Shown here piece by piece: positions 55,872 to 64,000 of a DNA stretch of 64,000 nt. The stretch spans positions 7,735 through 71,734 of the forward strand of contig JAJZYB010000006.1 in assembly GCA_021806135.1 (NCBI GenBank), given 5' to 3'. The stretch's first letter is position 1; the number at the start of each line of letters is the position of its first letter. The notes under the pieces are model-generated. The model was not told the origin of the DNA. It saw only the letters and a program-made list of their open reading frames with translations, and ran no database searches. This DNA is from Thermoplasmata archaeon (GTDB lineage: Archaea; Thermoplasmatota; Thermoplasmata; Lutacidiplasmatales; UBA184). The position numbers and the translations under genes are program-made.

Positions 55872-56549
55872 CTACCCACTGGTCGCTTCCAGGGTGATAC
55901 TGGCTGCGGTGGTGGTGGTGGCCCCGGTGTTGGTGACGGCGACGGCGAAGGAGAAGTAGATCACGCTGGTCCCGGAGGTCAGTCCGGAGAGGGTGAGGGG
56001 GGTCCCGGACCCGCTCGTGAGGAGCGAGAGGGAGGTCTGAGCTCCCGGGCAGGTGGGAGCGTAGACGGCCCAGGGGTTCCCATTCGCATCGGTCCCGGAA
56101 GCCAGGGGAGTTCCCGTGAGGGCGACCCCGGTGGGGGCGGCCGTGCAATAGAAGACGTAGGCCGAGTTGACGCCCGTTGCGGTCAGGGGGATGGAAACGG
56201 CGATGCTGACGGTCCAGGTGGCAGTGGTGGTGACCGTGGAGGCCACCTCTAAGGTATCGAGAACGTAGGTGCCGTAGGCCCCGTCCGCTCCGGAGACCGA
56301 GGTGGCCACCGAGGCCTGTTGACTGTTGGGGTAAGTGTTAACGCTGAAGCCCTGTCCGTTGGCGGTGGCGTAATTGGCCCCGTTCACGAACTCGAAGGGC
56401 GAGGTGGTGCCGGAGACGGACGCACTACCGTGGTAGGTGAGGATAACGTCGGCGTAGCCCACCGAGGCGATGGCGCCGGCGACAAAGATCCCCAGGAGGA
56501 GGGCCAGGATCCTTCGACTCAGCCTTCGGCGTGGGGACGGTCCGTTCAT
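55872..56549 (-). CDS. Secreted Thr/Ser/Gly/Ala-rich protein, paralogue A (hypothetical cell-surface protein)
   Basis: Sec-type signal (RRRLSRRILALLLGIFVAGAIASVGYA|DVILTY); shares ADV(I/V)LTY...SPF...G.NYATA.G.GF block with the next gene; TTCTTAAAGAA TATA-like element 36-46 nt upstream. Confidence 0.5.
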   Translation of the reverse strand: MNGPSPRRRLSRRILALLLGIFVAGAIASVGYADVILTYHGSASVSGTTSPFEFVNGANYATANGQGFSVNTYPNSQQASVATSVSGADGAYGTYVLDTLEVASTVTTTATWTVSIAVSIPLTATGVNSAYVFYCTAAPTGVALTGTPLASGTDANGNPWAVYAPTCPGAQTSLSLLTSGSGTPLTLSGLTSGTSVIYFSFAVAVTNTGATTTTAASITLEATSG

Positions 56550-56668
56550 ATGGGTCCTTCCTCCTTCATGGGGGTTCTTAAAGAATGGGTTGGAGGGAGG
56601 CCGGTACCGGATGGGTGCCGGCCCCCCTCGACGTGACTCTTGGTTAGCCTCCTCGCGGTTCGGTGGTC

Positions 56669-57406
56669 CTAGCTGATGGCCACGGGCACCGAGAAAGAGG
56701 CCATGCTGGCGCCGGACACGGTCCCGTCGGTGTAGATGGCGAAGCTGACGTACAGGATGGTGGCGGGGGCCGATGTGCTGGAGGTGAGGCTGCAGGCTCC
56801 GCCGATCGTGTCCGTGCCGATGGCCCCGGTAAGGAGGTTCACCACGGCGTAGGGGGTCCCAGTGCATCCGGCCCCAACGGTTCCGGTGCTAGTGGGCACG
56901 AAAGCGCCACAACCGGCCGGAGCGCCCGATACGGACGTGCCCGAGGTGGCAGGGACGTAGGCGGTGATGATCGCGTAAGCGCAGACGACGTTAGCGACCG
57001 TGGTCGGCGCGCCGCTGGTGAGCATCCCGCCGAGGACGGCGGTGTCGCCGCTGGGCAGGGTGCTGGCCAAGGTGAAGGTGTTGATGTTCACGAGTTCGAC
57101 GTTCACATCCTCGACCCCGGCGAGGGTGGTGGTCATGCTCGGTCCGGAGGTTCCGCCTCCGGGGAACGAGGTCGTAGCGAAGCCGAAGCCCGCGGCCGTG
57201 GCGTAGTTGCTTCCCTCCGCCCAGGCGAACGGGCTCGTCGCGTTGGCGGCGACTCCCGTGTTCGCCACGTAGGTCAGGACCACATCGGCCACGACGGACC
57301 CTGAGACGAGGACCACCGCCACCCCGAGGAGGAGCGGGAGCCATCGGATGCGCTTGTGCTTTCCGGCCTTGGGCGTGCTCTGGGATCGGACTGCTTCGTT
57401 GACCAT
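56669..57406 (-). CDS. Secreted Thr/Ser/Gly/Ala-rich protein, paralogue B (hypothetical cell-surface protein)
   Basis: Signal (KHKRIRWLPLLLGVAVVLVSGSVVA|DVVLTY); paralogous to 55872..56549. Confidence 0.5.
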   Translation of the reverse strand: MVNEAVRSQSTPKAGKHKRIRWLPLLLGVAVVLVSGSVVADVVLTYVANTGVAANATSPFAWAEGSNYATAAGFGFATTSFPGGGTSGPSMTTTLAGVEDVNVELVNINTFTLASTLPSGDTAVLGGMLTSGAPTTVANVVCAYAIITAYVPATSGTSVSGAPAGCGAFVPTSTGTVGAGCTGTPYAVVNLLTGAIGTDTIGGACSLTSSTSAPATILYVSFAIYTDGTVSGASMASFSVPVAIS

Positions 57407-57489
57407 GGGGGATTGCCTCCTGGCGCTGGCTGATATGCGAAAGGTCGAAAGATAAACCTTGTTGCGGGAGACGGTTTCCGAAATAGCCG

Positions 57490-57506
57490 ATGTTTATTTA
57501 TACGTA
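57490..57506 (-). promoter_or_regulatory. AT-rich box (TTTATTTATACGTATTAG) between rnhA 3' end and upstream surface-protein gene; candidate terminator/promoter
   Basis: Most AT-rich 18-mer in the window, located in a 100-nt gap between two minus-strand genes. Confidence 0.35.
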
Positions 57507-57986
57507 TTAGTGCGCGCCTCTCCGGCGGGGATCACGGGCCCCCTCAGACAGCCCCGTGGGGCCGGTGCGCCGGGCCCGCCGGAGCGCCTCCTGGGTGAGC
57601 TCGTTCGCGCGCTCGTTCTCTTCCCGAGGCACCCAGCGCAGCTGGAACGATTGGAAGCACGCCAGGGCCGAGCGGACCCGGTCGTTCAGCGGTCTCAGGT
57701 GAGCGGCCCGTACCCGGTATCCTCCTTCCAGCTGTCGGATCACCAGCTGGCTGTCCCCTTGGAGCACTACTGGCCCCCGGTACCCCCGCTGGAGGAGGTA
57801 CTCCAGGCCACGGAGGGCCCCGGAGTACTCGGCCACGTTGTTGGTGGCCTCCGGCGAACCCGCCGGCGCGGCAAGGCCGGACCCCTCGGTGTCCAGGCCT
57901 TCTCCCTCCACGACAAAGGCCCAGGTGGCAATCCCGCCTCCCCGGGCCGGCTGGCAGGCCCCGTCAAAGCTCACCCGCACTCCCAT
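57507..57986 (-). CDS. rnhA: Ribonuclease HI (type 1 RNase H)
   Basis: VSFDGACQ..., TNNVAEYSGALRGL, LQGDSQLVIRQL motifs (DEDD catalytic residues of RNase HI). Confidence 0.7.
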   Translation of the reverse strand: MGVRVSFDGACQPARGGGIATWAFVVEGEGLDTEGSGLAAPAGSPEATNNVAEYSGALRGLEYLLQRGYRGPVVLQGDSQLVIRQLEGGYRVRAAHLRPLNDRVRSALACFQSFQLRWVPREENERANELTQEALRRARRTGPTGLSEGARDPRRRGAH

Positions 57987-58162
57987 CCGGCTCCTGCCCT
58001 CCCCTCTGTGAGGAGGCAGCCGGCTCCCCCTGCAAAATGGTTCTCTCCGGCGGGCCCGGGCCCCGGGCACGGCCCCGGCCGTCCCCCCACGCCTCGCTGG
58101 CCCCCTGGAGCGGAGGTCTCTTAAGCGAGGTCGGATGTGTCCCGGCAGGGGTTCTGCGGGTC

Positions 58163-58588
58163 ATGCCAAGTCGACAAGAGACCCGATTCCGGGAACACCT
58201 CGCCCTCCTGCGTCAGGCGGCGGGTGGCCTGGGACGGGACATGGAGAACGAGGTCACCCAAATGGAGCGAAAGATCGAGCAGGGGGCCAAGCGGATGGGC
58301 TGGGAGTCCCAGGACCTCGCTCGGGAGATCGAGTATGATTTCGCGGTCATGGGGGTCAAGATCCAGAAGGGCCTGCGATCCCTTCCTGGCCAAGTGAAGA
58401 AGGGGAGCAAGGCCCTGGGAAGCGCGGTGGCCCGGGGAGGCGCAGCCGTTGGGAACAAGACCGCCGATGCGTCGGTGCGCCTCGGGAAGGCCACCAAGAA
58501 AGGGGTCAAGAAGGAACTGGCCCGGGCCGCTGGCACCTGGCACGAGCCACTCCGTCAGTGGTCTGCCGACGGCGACCGCGAAGATTGA
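58163..58588 (+). CDS. Hypothetical helical Lys/Ala-rich protein
   Basis: 142-aa ORF from Met at 58163; repeated KKG..K..A segments. Confidence 0.35.
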   Translation: MPSRQETRFREHLALLRQAAGGLGRDMENEVTQMERKIEQGAKRMGWESQDLAREIEYDFAVMGVKIQKGLRSLPGQVKKGSKALGSAVARGGAAVGNKTADASVRLGKATKKGVKKELARAAGTWHEPLRQWSADGDRED

Positions 58589-58634
58589 CCTCCGAGCCCT
58601 GGCCCCAGCCAGCGGCCCCACCGCCCCCGGGAGG

Positions 58635-59396
58635 TCACCGGAGCGCGACCAGGACCTGGTTCTCCATATGCTGCCAGAGGACGGCCACTTCCCGGAAACC
58701 CGCCGCCCTTAGCCGACGGGCGTGCTGCCCGGGGGTCAGGTTGGATTCGGCGGAGTGGTGCGGTGGGTAGCGGCGTTGGTGTTCCTCCCATTCGCGTTTG
58801 AGCGAGGTGGATCGGGCAACGCTTCGCCAGAACTCTTCCCAGGTTTCCCCCCGGACGCCCGAGTCTCGCCCCTCTCGCGCCCGACGGCGCCAACGGTGGG
58901 TTGCAGCGCGTAACCCGGGGCTGTCCGGAGGCAACGGCATGTGGTCCCCGTTCAAGAACAGGCCCCCCGGGCGGATCCGGCGTGACAACCCCCGGTAAAG
59001 CCGGGTAAGATCCCGGGAAGGGAGCCAGTGGAGGGCGGTGGTGGAGAGTGCCGCATCGTACCGTCCCGGGCCGAGGTCTGCATCCCACTCTGACGTACGA
59101 AGGTCTGCGTCCACCCAGCGCAGTCGGCCCCTCACCGTCCCCGCCGCCTTGGAACCGATCGTGAGCAATACCGGATCGTGGTCCACGGCCGTCATCGAGA
59201 GCCCCGGGAACCGGTTCAAGAGGCGTAGGGAAAGGGAACCGGGACCGCAACCGAGGTCCAGGACGCGACGAGGAGATCCCAACACTGCTTCCAGCGCGTC
59301 TCCCATGGCCCGGAACCGTTCCTCCCGATCAGGGAGATAGTGTTCCTGTTGTGCATCCCAACGACGGAGCCATCGGGCAGCCTCCGCTCGGTCCAC
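58635..59396 (-). CDS. Class I SAM-dependent methyltransferase
   Basis: VLDLGCGPGSLS (motif I), LHWLP region. Confidence 0.7.
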   Translation of the reverse strand: MDRAEAARWLRRWDAQQEHYLPDREERFRAMGDALEAVLGSPRRVLDLGCGPGSLSLRLLNRFPGLSMTAVDHDPVLLTIGSKAAGTVRGRLRWVDADLRTSEWDADLGPGRYDAALSTTALHWLPSRDLTRLYRGLSRRIRPGGLFLNGDHMPLPPDSPGLRAATHRWRRRAREGRDSGVRGETWEEFWRSVARSTSLKREWEEHQRRYPPHHSAESNLTPGQHARRLRAAGFREVAVLWQHMENQVLVALR

Positions 59397-59510
59397 GAGC
59401 CCGCCATCGCGCCCGGGCTAAGAGGGCTTTCCACCGGGCGTCCGCCGGGCGCGGGCCCAGCGCCGGGCGGGTCTCGAATGACTCATTAAGCCATTTCCCA
59501 TGGGACGGGC

Positions 59511-59945
59511 ATGGTGCTCTTGGCCAAGGACCTCATGGACCGGGAGGTCTTGGTCCTGGACGAAGCGACGGATGTGCTCTCCGCGGCGGCGACCATGGTC
59601 CAGCGGCGCAAAGGCTACGTCATCCTCACCCGGCACCCCGGGAGGGAACCAGTGGGGATCGTCACGGAATGGGACCTCTTGGAGAAGGTGCTGGCCCCGG
59701 GCCGATCGCCGCGGGAGGTCCGGCTCAAGGACATCGCATCCACCCATCTTCAAGAGTGCGGCCCGGAGACCCCCACGGACGAGGTGGTGGCCCGGATGGC
59801 TGACCTGGGAGTCCGCCGGATCGTGGTCCGTTCGGGAGACCAGGTCCTGGGCGTGATCACCTCCCGGAGCGTCCTGGCGAACTTCCGCAAGTACGTGGAC
59901 CGGGTGAGCGCTGGAATTGCGGGCTTCCAGGGACCCACCGGGTGA
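59511..59945 (+). CDS. CBS-domain pair protein
   Basis: Two CBS repeats (LAKDLMDREVLVLDE...; GIVTEWDLLEKV; VARMADLGVRRIVV...GVITSRSVL). Confidence 0.7.
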   Translation: MVLLAKDLMDREVLVLDEATDVLSAAATMVQRRKGYVILTRHPGREPVGIVTEWDLLEKVLAPGRSPREVRLKDIASTHLQECGPETPTDEVVARMADLGVRRIVVRSGDQVLGVITSRSVLANFRKYVDRVSAGIAGFQGPTG

Positions 59946-60039
59946 TGCCCCTCCCTTTGCCCCTCGGGGGACCAGCCCGCTGGAGTAAGGGGGCCCCCCT
60001 GTTGTTCCGGGGTCCATCGGACCCGGCGAGGGGGCCCGC

Positions 60040-61482
60040 ATGAAATACAAGTGGCTGGTCCTTTCCAACACCACTGTGGCCACCCTCATGGCGGCCATCG
60101 ACACCAACATCGTGCTCATCTCGCTCCCGACCATCGGAAGGGAGCTTCCCGATACGAGCGCCACCCTCCTTCTCTGGATCCTCATCGGGTATTCCCTGTT
60201 CACGGCGGTGGTCCTGCTCAACTTCGGACGCCTCTCCGACATGTACGGGCGGGTCCGCCTCTACGTCCTCGGATTTGCCGTTTTCACCCTCGGTTCGCTG
60301 CTCTGCGGCTTCTCCCAGACCGGGCTCGAGCTGGTGGGATTCCGGTTGGTCCAGGCGGTGGGGGCCGGTTTCCTCTTCTCGAACTCTGCGGCCATCATCA
60401 CCGACGCGTTCCCCCCCAACGAACGGGGTCGTGCTTTGGGCATCAATCAGGTCTCCATTGTGGCGGGGGCCGTGGTGGGCCTGGTCCTGGGAGGGATCAT
60501 CACCTCCACCATCGGTTGGCGCTGGATCTTCTTTGTGAACGTCCCCATCGGGCTCGTGGCCACGATCCGGGCACGCACAGATCTCAAGGAGCTTGCCCCG
60601 CCGGAGGTGCGCCCCCAACTGGATTGGGCGGGGAACCTGGTCTTCGCCGGGGGTTTGACCGCCCTCCTGTTGGGTATCACCCTAGGTGCCTTGGGAGAGG
60701 CCCCGGTCGACTGGGCCCTGGGCGGAGTCCTGCTGGGGTTGGGGCTCCTCGTGATCTTCCCCTTTCTGGAATTGCGAAGCGCGCACCCCATGCTGGACCT
60801 GACGTTGTTCCGGAACCGGGTCTTCGCGGGTTCCACGGTGGCGATCCTGTTGAACGCCCTCGCGAGAGGGGCTTTCACGTTCATCCTGGTGTTCTATCTC
60901 CAGGGCCCCCCCCGGTTCCTGAGCCCATTCACGGCGGGGCTCTTCCTGATCCCTACTTCCGCCTCTCTCGCCGTGCTGGGTCCGGTGAGCGGCTGGCTCT
61001 CGGACCGCTTCGGCTCTCGGGGATTCCTCGTCCTGGGACTCCTAGTGTCCTCCTCCGGTTTCCTTTGGTTGACCACCATCACGGACCACGCCACTTTCCT
61101 CCAACTCACCCCTCCCCTGGTGCTGGTGGGAGCCGGGATGGGCATGTTCGCTGCCCCGAACCGGGCGGCCATGATGACCGCCGTTCCGCCCACCCGACGG
61201 GGTGTCGCCTCGGGGGTCGGCACCACTTTTGTGAACACCGGGGCCACGGTGAGCCTGGGGCTGACCCTCCTCATCATGGCCTCCACCCTTCCGCGATCCC
61301 TGATCGATGGGATCTTCCTGGGAACCGCTACCAGCGGCGCCGCCGGCCGGGGTTTCCTGGATTCGATCCACCTCATCTTCCTCGTTTCGGCAGCCCTTTG
61401 TCTCGCGGCGTTGGTCCCCTCCATCCTGAGGGGTACCGCGCCTCCGTCCTCCACGTCCCCCTCGCTTCCCGTCGGGCGTTGA
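60040..61482 (+). CDS. MFS transporter (DHA2/EmrB-like, 14 TM)
   Basis: 480 aa; GRLSDMYGRVRLY (MFS motif A region), 14 hydrophobic segments. Confidence 0.75.
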   Translation: MKYKWLVLSNTTVATLMAAIDTNIVLISLPTIGRELPDTSATLLLWILIGYSLFTAVVLLNFGRLSDMYGRVRLYVLGFAVFTLGSLLCGFSQTGLELVGFRLVQAVGAGFLFSNSAAIITDAFPPNERGRALGINQVSIVAGAVVGLVLGGIITSTIGWRWIFFVNVPIGLVATIRARTDLKELAPPEVRPQLDWAGNLVFAGGLTALLLGITLGALGEAPVDWALGGVLLGLGLLVIFPFLELRSAHPMLDLTLFRNRVFAGSTVAILLNALARGAFTFILVFYLQGPPRFLSPFTAGLFLIPTSASLAVLGPVSGWLSDRFGSRGFLVLGLLVSSSGFLWLTTITDHATFLQLTPPLVLVGAGMGMFAAPNRAAMMTAVPPTRRGVASGVGTTFVNTGATVSLGLTLLIMASTLPRSLIDGIFLGTATSGAAGRGFLDSIHLIFLVSAALCLAALVPSILRGTAPPSSTSPSLPVGR

Positions 61483-61716
61483 GAAGTTCAGGTCGTGGCC
61501 CCCCTGAACTCCCAGGAGCTTTGACCCTGCCCGGAAGTGGGCGGCCTCGGTCAAAGCCGAGGTCCGCCATGCCGACTACCAGCAGGTGGCGGTAGGGGAC
61601 GGGGCCCTCCACCATCGGCCTCCCCGCGAGAGGGGAGCCCGGGCGCCACCTCGATCTCTCCCTGACAGAGCCGTGAGTCCCGAAATTTCCATAAGTCCTG
61701 GCGCCCAGGCCAAGGC

Positions 61717-62238
61717 ATGCAGGTCCGGAACGTTGCCTGGACGGACTTCACCGGGATCGCCGCTCTGCGAATGGGTCGGTACGATGCGATCGCCAATGAC
61801 CCCAACTACGGGATGGTGTCGAATCCCTCTAAGCCGACGGAGGCTGAGCTCGCGGCATGGTTCGGGGAGCTCCAACGCGGGATCCTGGAGGGCAAGCGGG
61901 TCTGCTCCGTGGCGGTGGAGGACGGCCACATCGTGGGTATGGCCGGGGTCACCCCGGAGGGACGGAGCGTCGAGACCCGTCACGTCGGGGTCCTCGGGAT
62001 CGAAGTTCTGGCGGGCTACCACGGCAGGGGGATCGGTTCCGCCCTGCTGGCCCACGTGCTCGAGGCATGTCGTGGAAGGTTCGATAGCGTTGACCTCGCA
62101 GTCATTCCGGAGAATCCTCGGGCGGAGAAGCTCTACCGAAAGTTCGGATTCGTAGAGTATGGTCGGCGACCCCGCGCGTTCCAACGAGGAGGAACCTATC
62201 ACGACTTCATCCTGATGCGCAAGGCCATCGCGCCTTGA
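61717..62238 (+). CDS. GNAT-family N-acetyltransferase
   Basis: VLGIEVLAGYHGRGIGSALL acetyl-CoA-binding motif. Confidence 0.7.
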   Translation: MQVRNVAWTDFTGIAALRMGRYDAIANDPNYGMVSNPSKPTEAELAAWFGELQRGILEGKRVCSVAVEDGHIVGMAGVTPEGRSVETRHVGVLGIEVLAGYHGRGIGSALLAHVLEACRGRFDSVDLAVIPENPRAEKLYRKFGFVEYGRRPRAFQRGGTYHDFILMRKAIAP

Positions 62239-62570
62239 GGGTTCTTAGCAGCCTAGCCCCTGCGCCCTCGCTTGTGTTCCATCCCCCCTTCCGCGCGGAG
62301 ACCCCCGTGGTGGCGACCGGGCAAAGCGCGCCAGATGACCGAAGGGTGTTCCCCGCGCGCCCTTGGCCTGAGGGCCTGGAGCCGACTTCAGGCGCAACCT
62401 ACGCGGCTTGGGCCGTCGTCAATCCGTTCCTCGCGGCCCCCTGAGGTGGGAGGGTCGAGGTCCTGGCGGGGGGAAGCGATGCTTCCGCGCTCGGAGCGGG
62501 ACGGCGGGTAGGCTCCCTCTCTCCCCGGTGCGCGTCCCCGCTCCCAAGTGGAGGCTGAAGAGTCACCGTC

Positions 62571-63101
62571 TCAGGCAGATGGTTGGGGTAGCGGGCGCCA
62601 CATCATCACTTGGTCCATGTACCGGTCTCCGCGCTTGATTGCGCGGGGGAGCCGTCCGCACTCCACGAACCCGTGCTTTCGGTACAACTTCTGGGCCCGT
62701 TCGTTGATGGACCACACCGTGAGCCGGACCATTTCGAACTTCCCCACGCAGAGTTTGAGCACCTCGTTCATGAGTTGCTCCCCGATGCCCTTCCCGCGCG
62801 CGCCAGGGAGGACGTGGATCGCCAGCTCACCCCCGTGCCTGTGCTCTGCGTGGGAGTTGAGCCGCCAGACGGTCGCCATCCCCAAGAGCTTCCCCCCCTC
62901 TTCCGCCACCACGGTGACCCGGTTCCCCTCGAGGATCTCCTTCTGCTCCCGGCCGAACCATTCGGCCTCCTCCCCCAGGGTGGGCCGCTCCGGAGGGACC
63001 GGAAGGCCCAGGTCGGGGTTGGTCGGGATCTCATCAAATCGGCTGAAGAAGAGGTCCGCCACGCCGGGAAAGTCGGTCCATTGGAGGGTTCGAACGATCA
63101 T
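62571..63101 (-). CDS. GNAT-family N-acetyltransferase (paralogue of 61717..62238, convergent)
   Basis: Start at MIVRTLQWTDF; HVLPGARGKGIGEQLM; ~40-45% identity by eye to the neighbouring GNAT (WTDF.G.A.L....D.I..P..G.........EAE.WFGE...ILEG.RV.VVAE.G..G). Confidence 0.65.
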   Translation of the reverse strand: MIVRTLQWTDFPGVADLFFSRFDEIPTNPDLGLPVPPERPTLGEEAEWFGREQKEILEGNRVTVVAEEGGKLLGMATVWRLNSHAEHRHGGELAIHVLPGARGKGIGEQLMNEVLKLCVGKFEMVRLTVWSINERAQKLYRKHGFVECGRLPRAIKRGDRYMDQVMMWRPLPQPSA

Positions 63102-63565
63102 GCCAGGAGGCTGACCGCGAGGATACTTGATGGTTCTTCCGCGTCTCGGGCGGGTAGTCCCTTGACAGTGCAAGGGGTCCGGCACGCGGGAGGTACGTCT
63201 GAGGGGCTTGGATCTCTGGAGCAGGCTTCGGGGACTGGAACGCCCTTGGACCGTCGGACGGGACACCTTCAGTGACAAGGGGCTGATGGTCGGAATCCAC
63301 ATGGAGCACGAGGAAGGCCCGCTTTGGGCCTTCCCCGAGTGCGGGACGAAGTTCCTCGCCTGCGACCACAAGGAGGAGAGGGTCTGGCGTCACCGGGACA
63401 CGATGACCTCCCAGACCCGGACCCAGCACCGTCCGATGTTCTGTCGGCTCCTGCCGGGGGCCACGAACGGCGTGCGGACGGTGTCGGAGACCCCGGGCCT
63501 CCTGAAGGAGGTGGGGGAGACGGGTCGGGTGAGCCTGGATGGGATGACCGTTCTCCTGTACCTAC

Positions 63566-64000
63566 TCATACGTGGACACGTACGATGACAGGTTCCTGAT
63601 TCACTTGGCGGCACCTGCCGTTGCCGGCATGAACCTCCGCCATCCGCCAGGCGTTTAGGCTCTCCGCCGAACTGGCGGCGAGCATCGCAAGATTGCGACT
63701 GGCATTCAGGTCCCGGTCCATGACGAGGCCACATCGCTCGCACCGATAGGTGCGCTCGGAGAGCGACATCGCCGCCTTCGCGTTCCCGCATCCGGAGCAC
63801 CGCTTCGTGCTCGGGTAGAATGGGTCCGCCTTGACGAGGCGCGACCCATACCACCGGCACTTGTACTCCAACTGCCGAACGAACTCCCCGAAGGAAACGT
63901 CCGAGAGGGACCGGGCAAGGGCGTGGTTGCGGAGCAGGTTCGCAGGACGCAGGTCCTCGGCTACGATGATGGGCTTGGTTCTCGCCAGCATCGTCGTGGC
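63566..64000 (-). mobile_element. tnpB: IS200/IS605-family TnpB (OrfB) transposase-associated RNA-guided nuclease gene, C-terminal part only (runs off window end)
   Basis: KPIIVAEDLRPANLLRNHALARSLSDVSFGEFVRQLEYKCRWYGSRLVKADPFYPSTKRCSGCGNAKAAMSLSERTYRCERCGLVMDRDLNASRNLA has the RuvC-II/III and CxxC..CxxC zinc-finger signature of TnpB. Confidence 0.7.

Noticed and set aside
63208-63588. 126-aa + strand ORF overlapping the tnpB 3' end with a Cys/His motif
   Set aside because: Lies where the omega-RNA/right end of an IS605 element is expected and overlaps tnpB; no match to TnpA (no HuH motif); kept only as a note in findings
1-64000. CRISPR array, rRNA genes, prophage or canonical defence operons
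   Set aside because: No short direct-repeat/spacer periodicity, no rRNA-like conserved stretches and no cas, restriction-modification or phage structural genes were seen anywhere in the window

Overview
This is high-GC (~68%) archaeal chromosomal DNA, densely packed with genes and largely housekeeping. Several features suggest a TACK/Thermoproteota-like organism: a two-subunit 2-oxoacid:ferredoxin oxidoreductase, an RbkR-type riboflavin kinase regulator, TiaS, Top6A/B, EF-1beta, a 35-aa L41e, and a tRNA-His whose T-loop seems to carry a non-canonical intron. Many gene pairs share overlapping ATGA start/stop codons, implying translationally coupled operons: Sm-rbkR-radical SAM; leuA-C-D-B-thiolase-DUF35; aglB-surface protein-Zn finger; sucC-sucD-small Zn protein; top6B-top6A. 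The one clearly foreign segment is a ~5 kb island of ~50% GC (8.4-13.6 kb). It encodes a 1553-aa membrane-anchored sedolisin (S53)-like protease with a long coiled-coil stalk. It lies directly beside a frameshifted, N-terminally truncated IS110-family transposase relic, and a hairpin terminator follows it. Another notable feature is a 2191-aa AglB/STT3 oligosaccharyltransferase. It carries a ~1300-aa C-terminal extension of tandem carboxypeptidase-regulatory-like domains and sits among sequon-rich, tail-anchored surface proteins. I also see an unannotated ribosomal protein L41e gene with its own promoter, a paralogous pair of secreted Thr/Ser/Gly-rich proteins, a TPD-type predicted nuclease, and a partial IS200/IS605 TnpB gene running off the window end. 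I found no CRISPR array, rRNA or recognisable defence operon. Many long ORFs in the six-frame track are antisense or off-frame artefacts of the GC bias.
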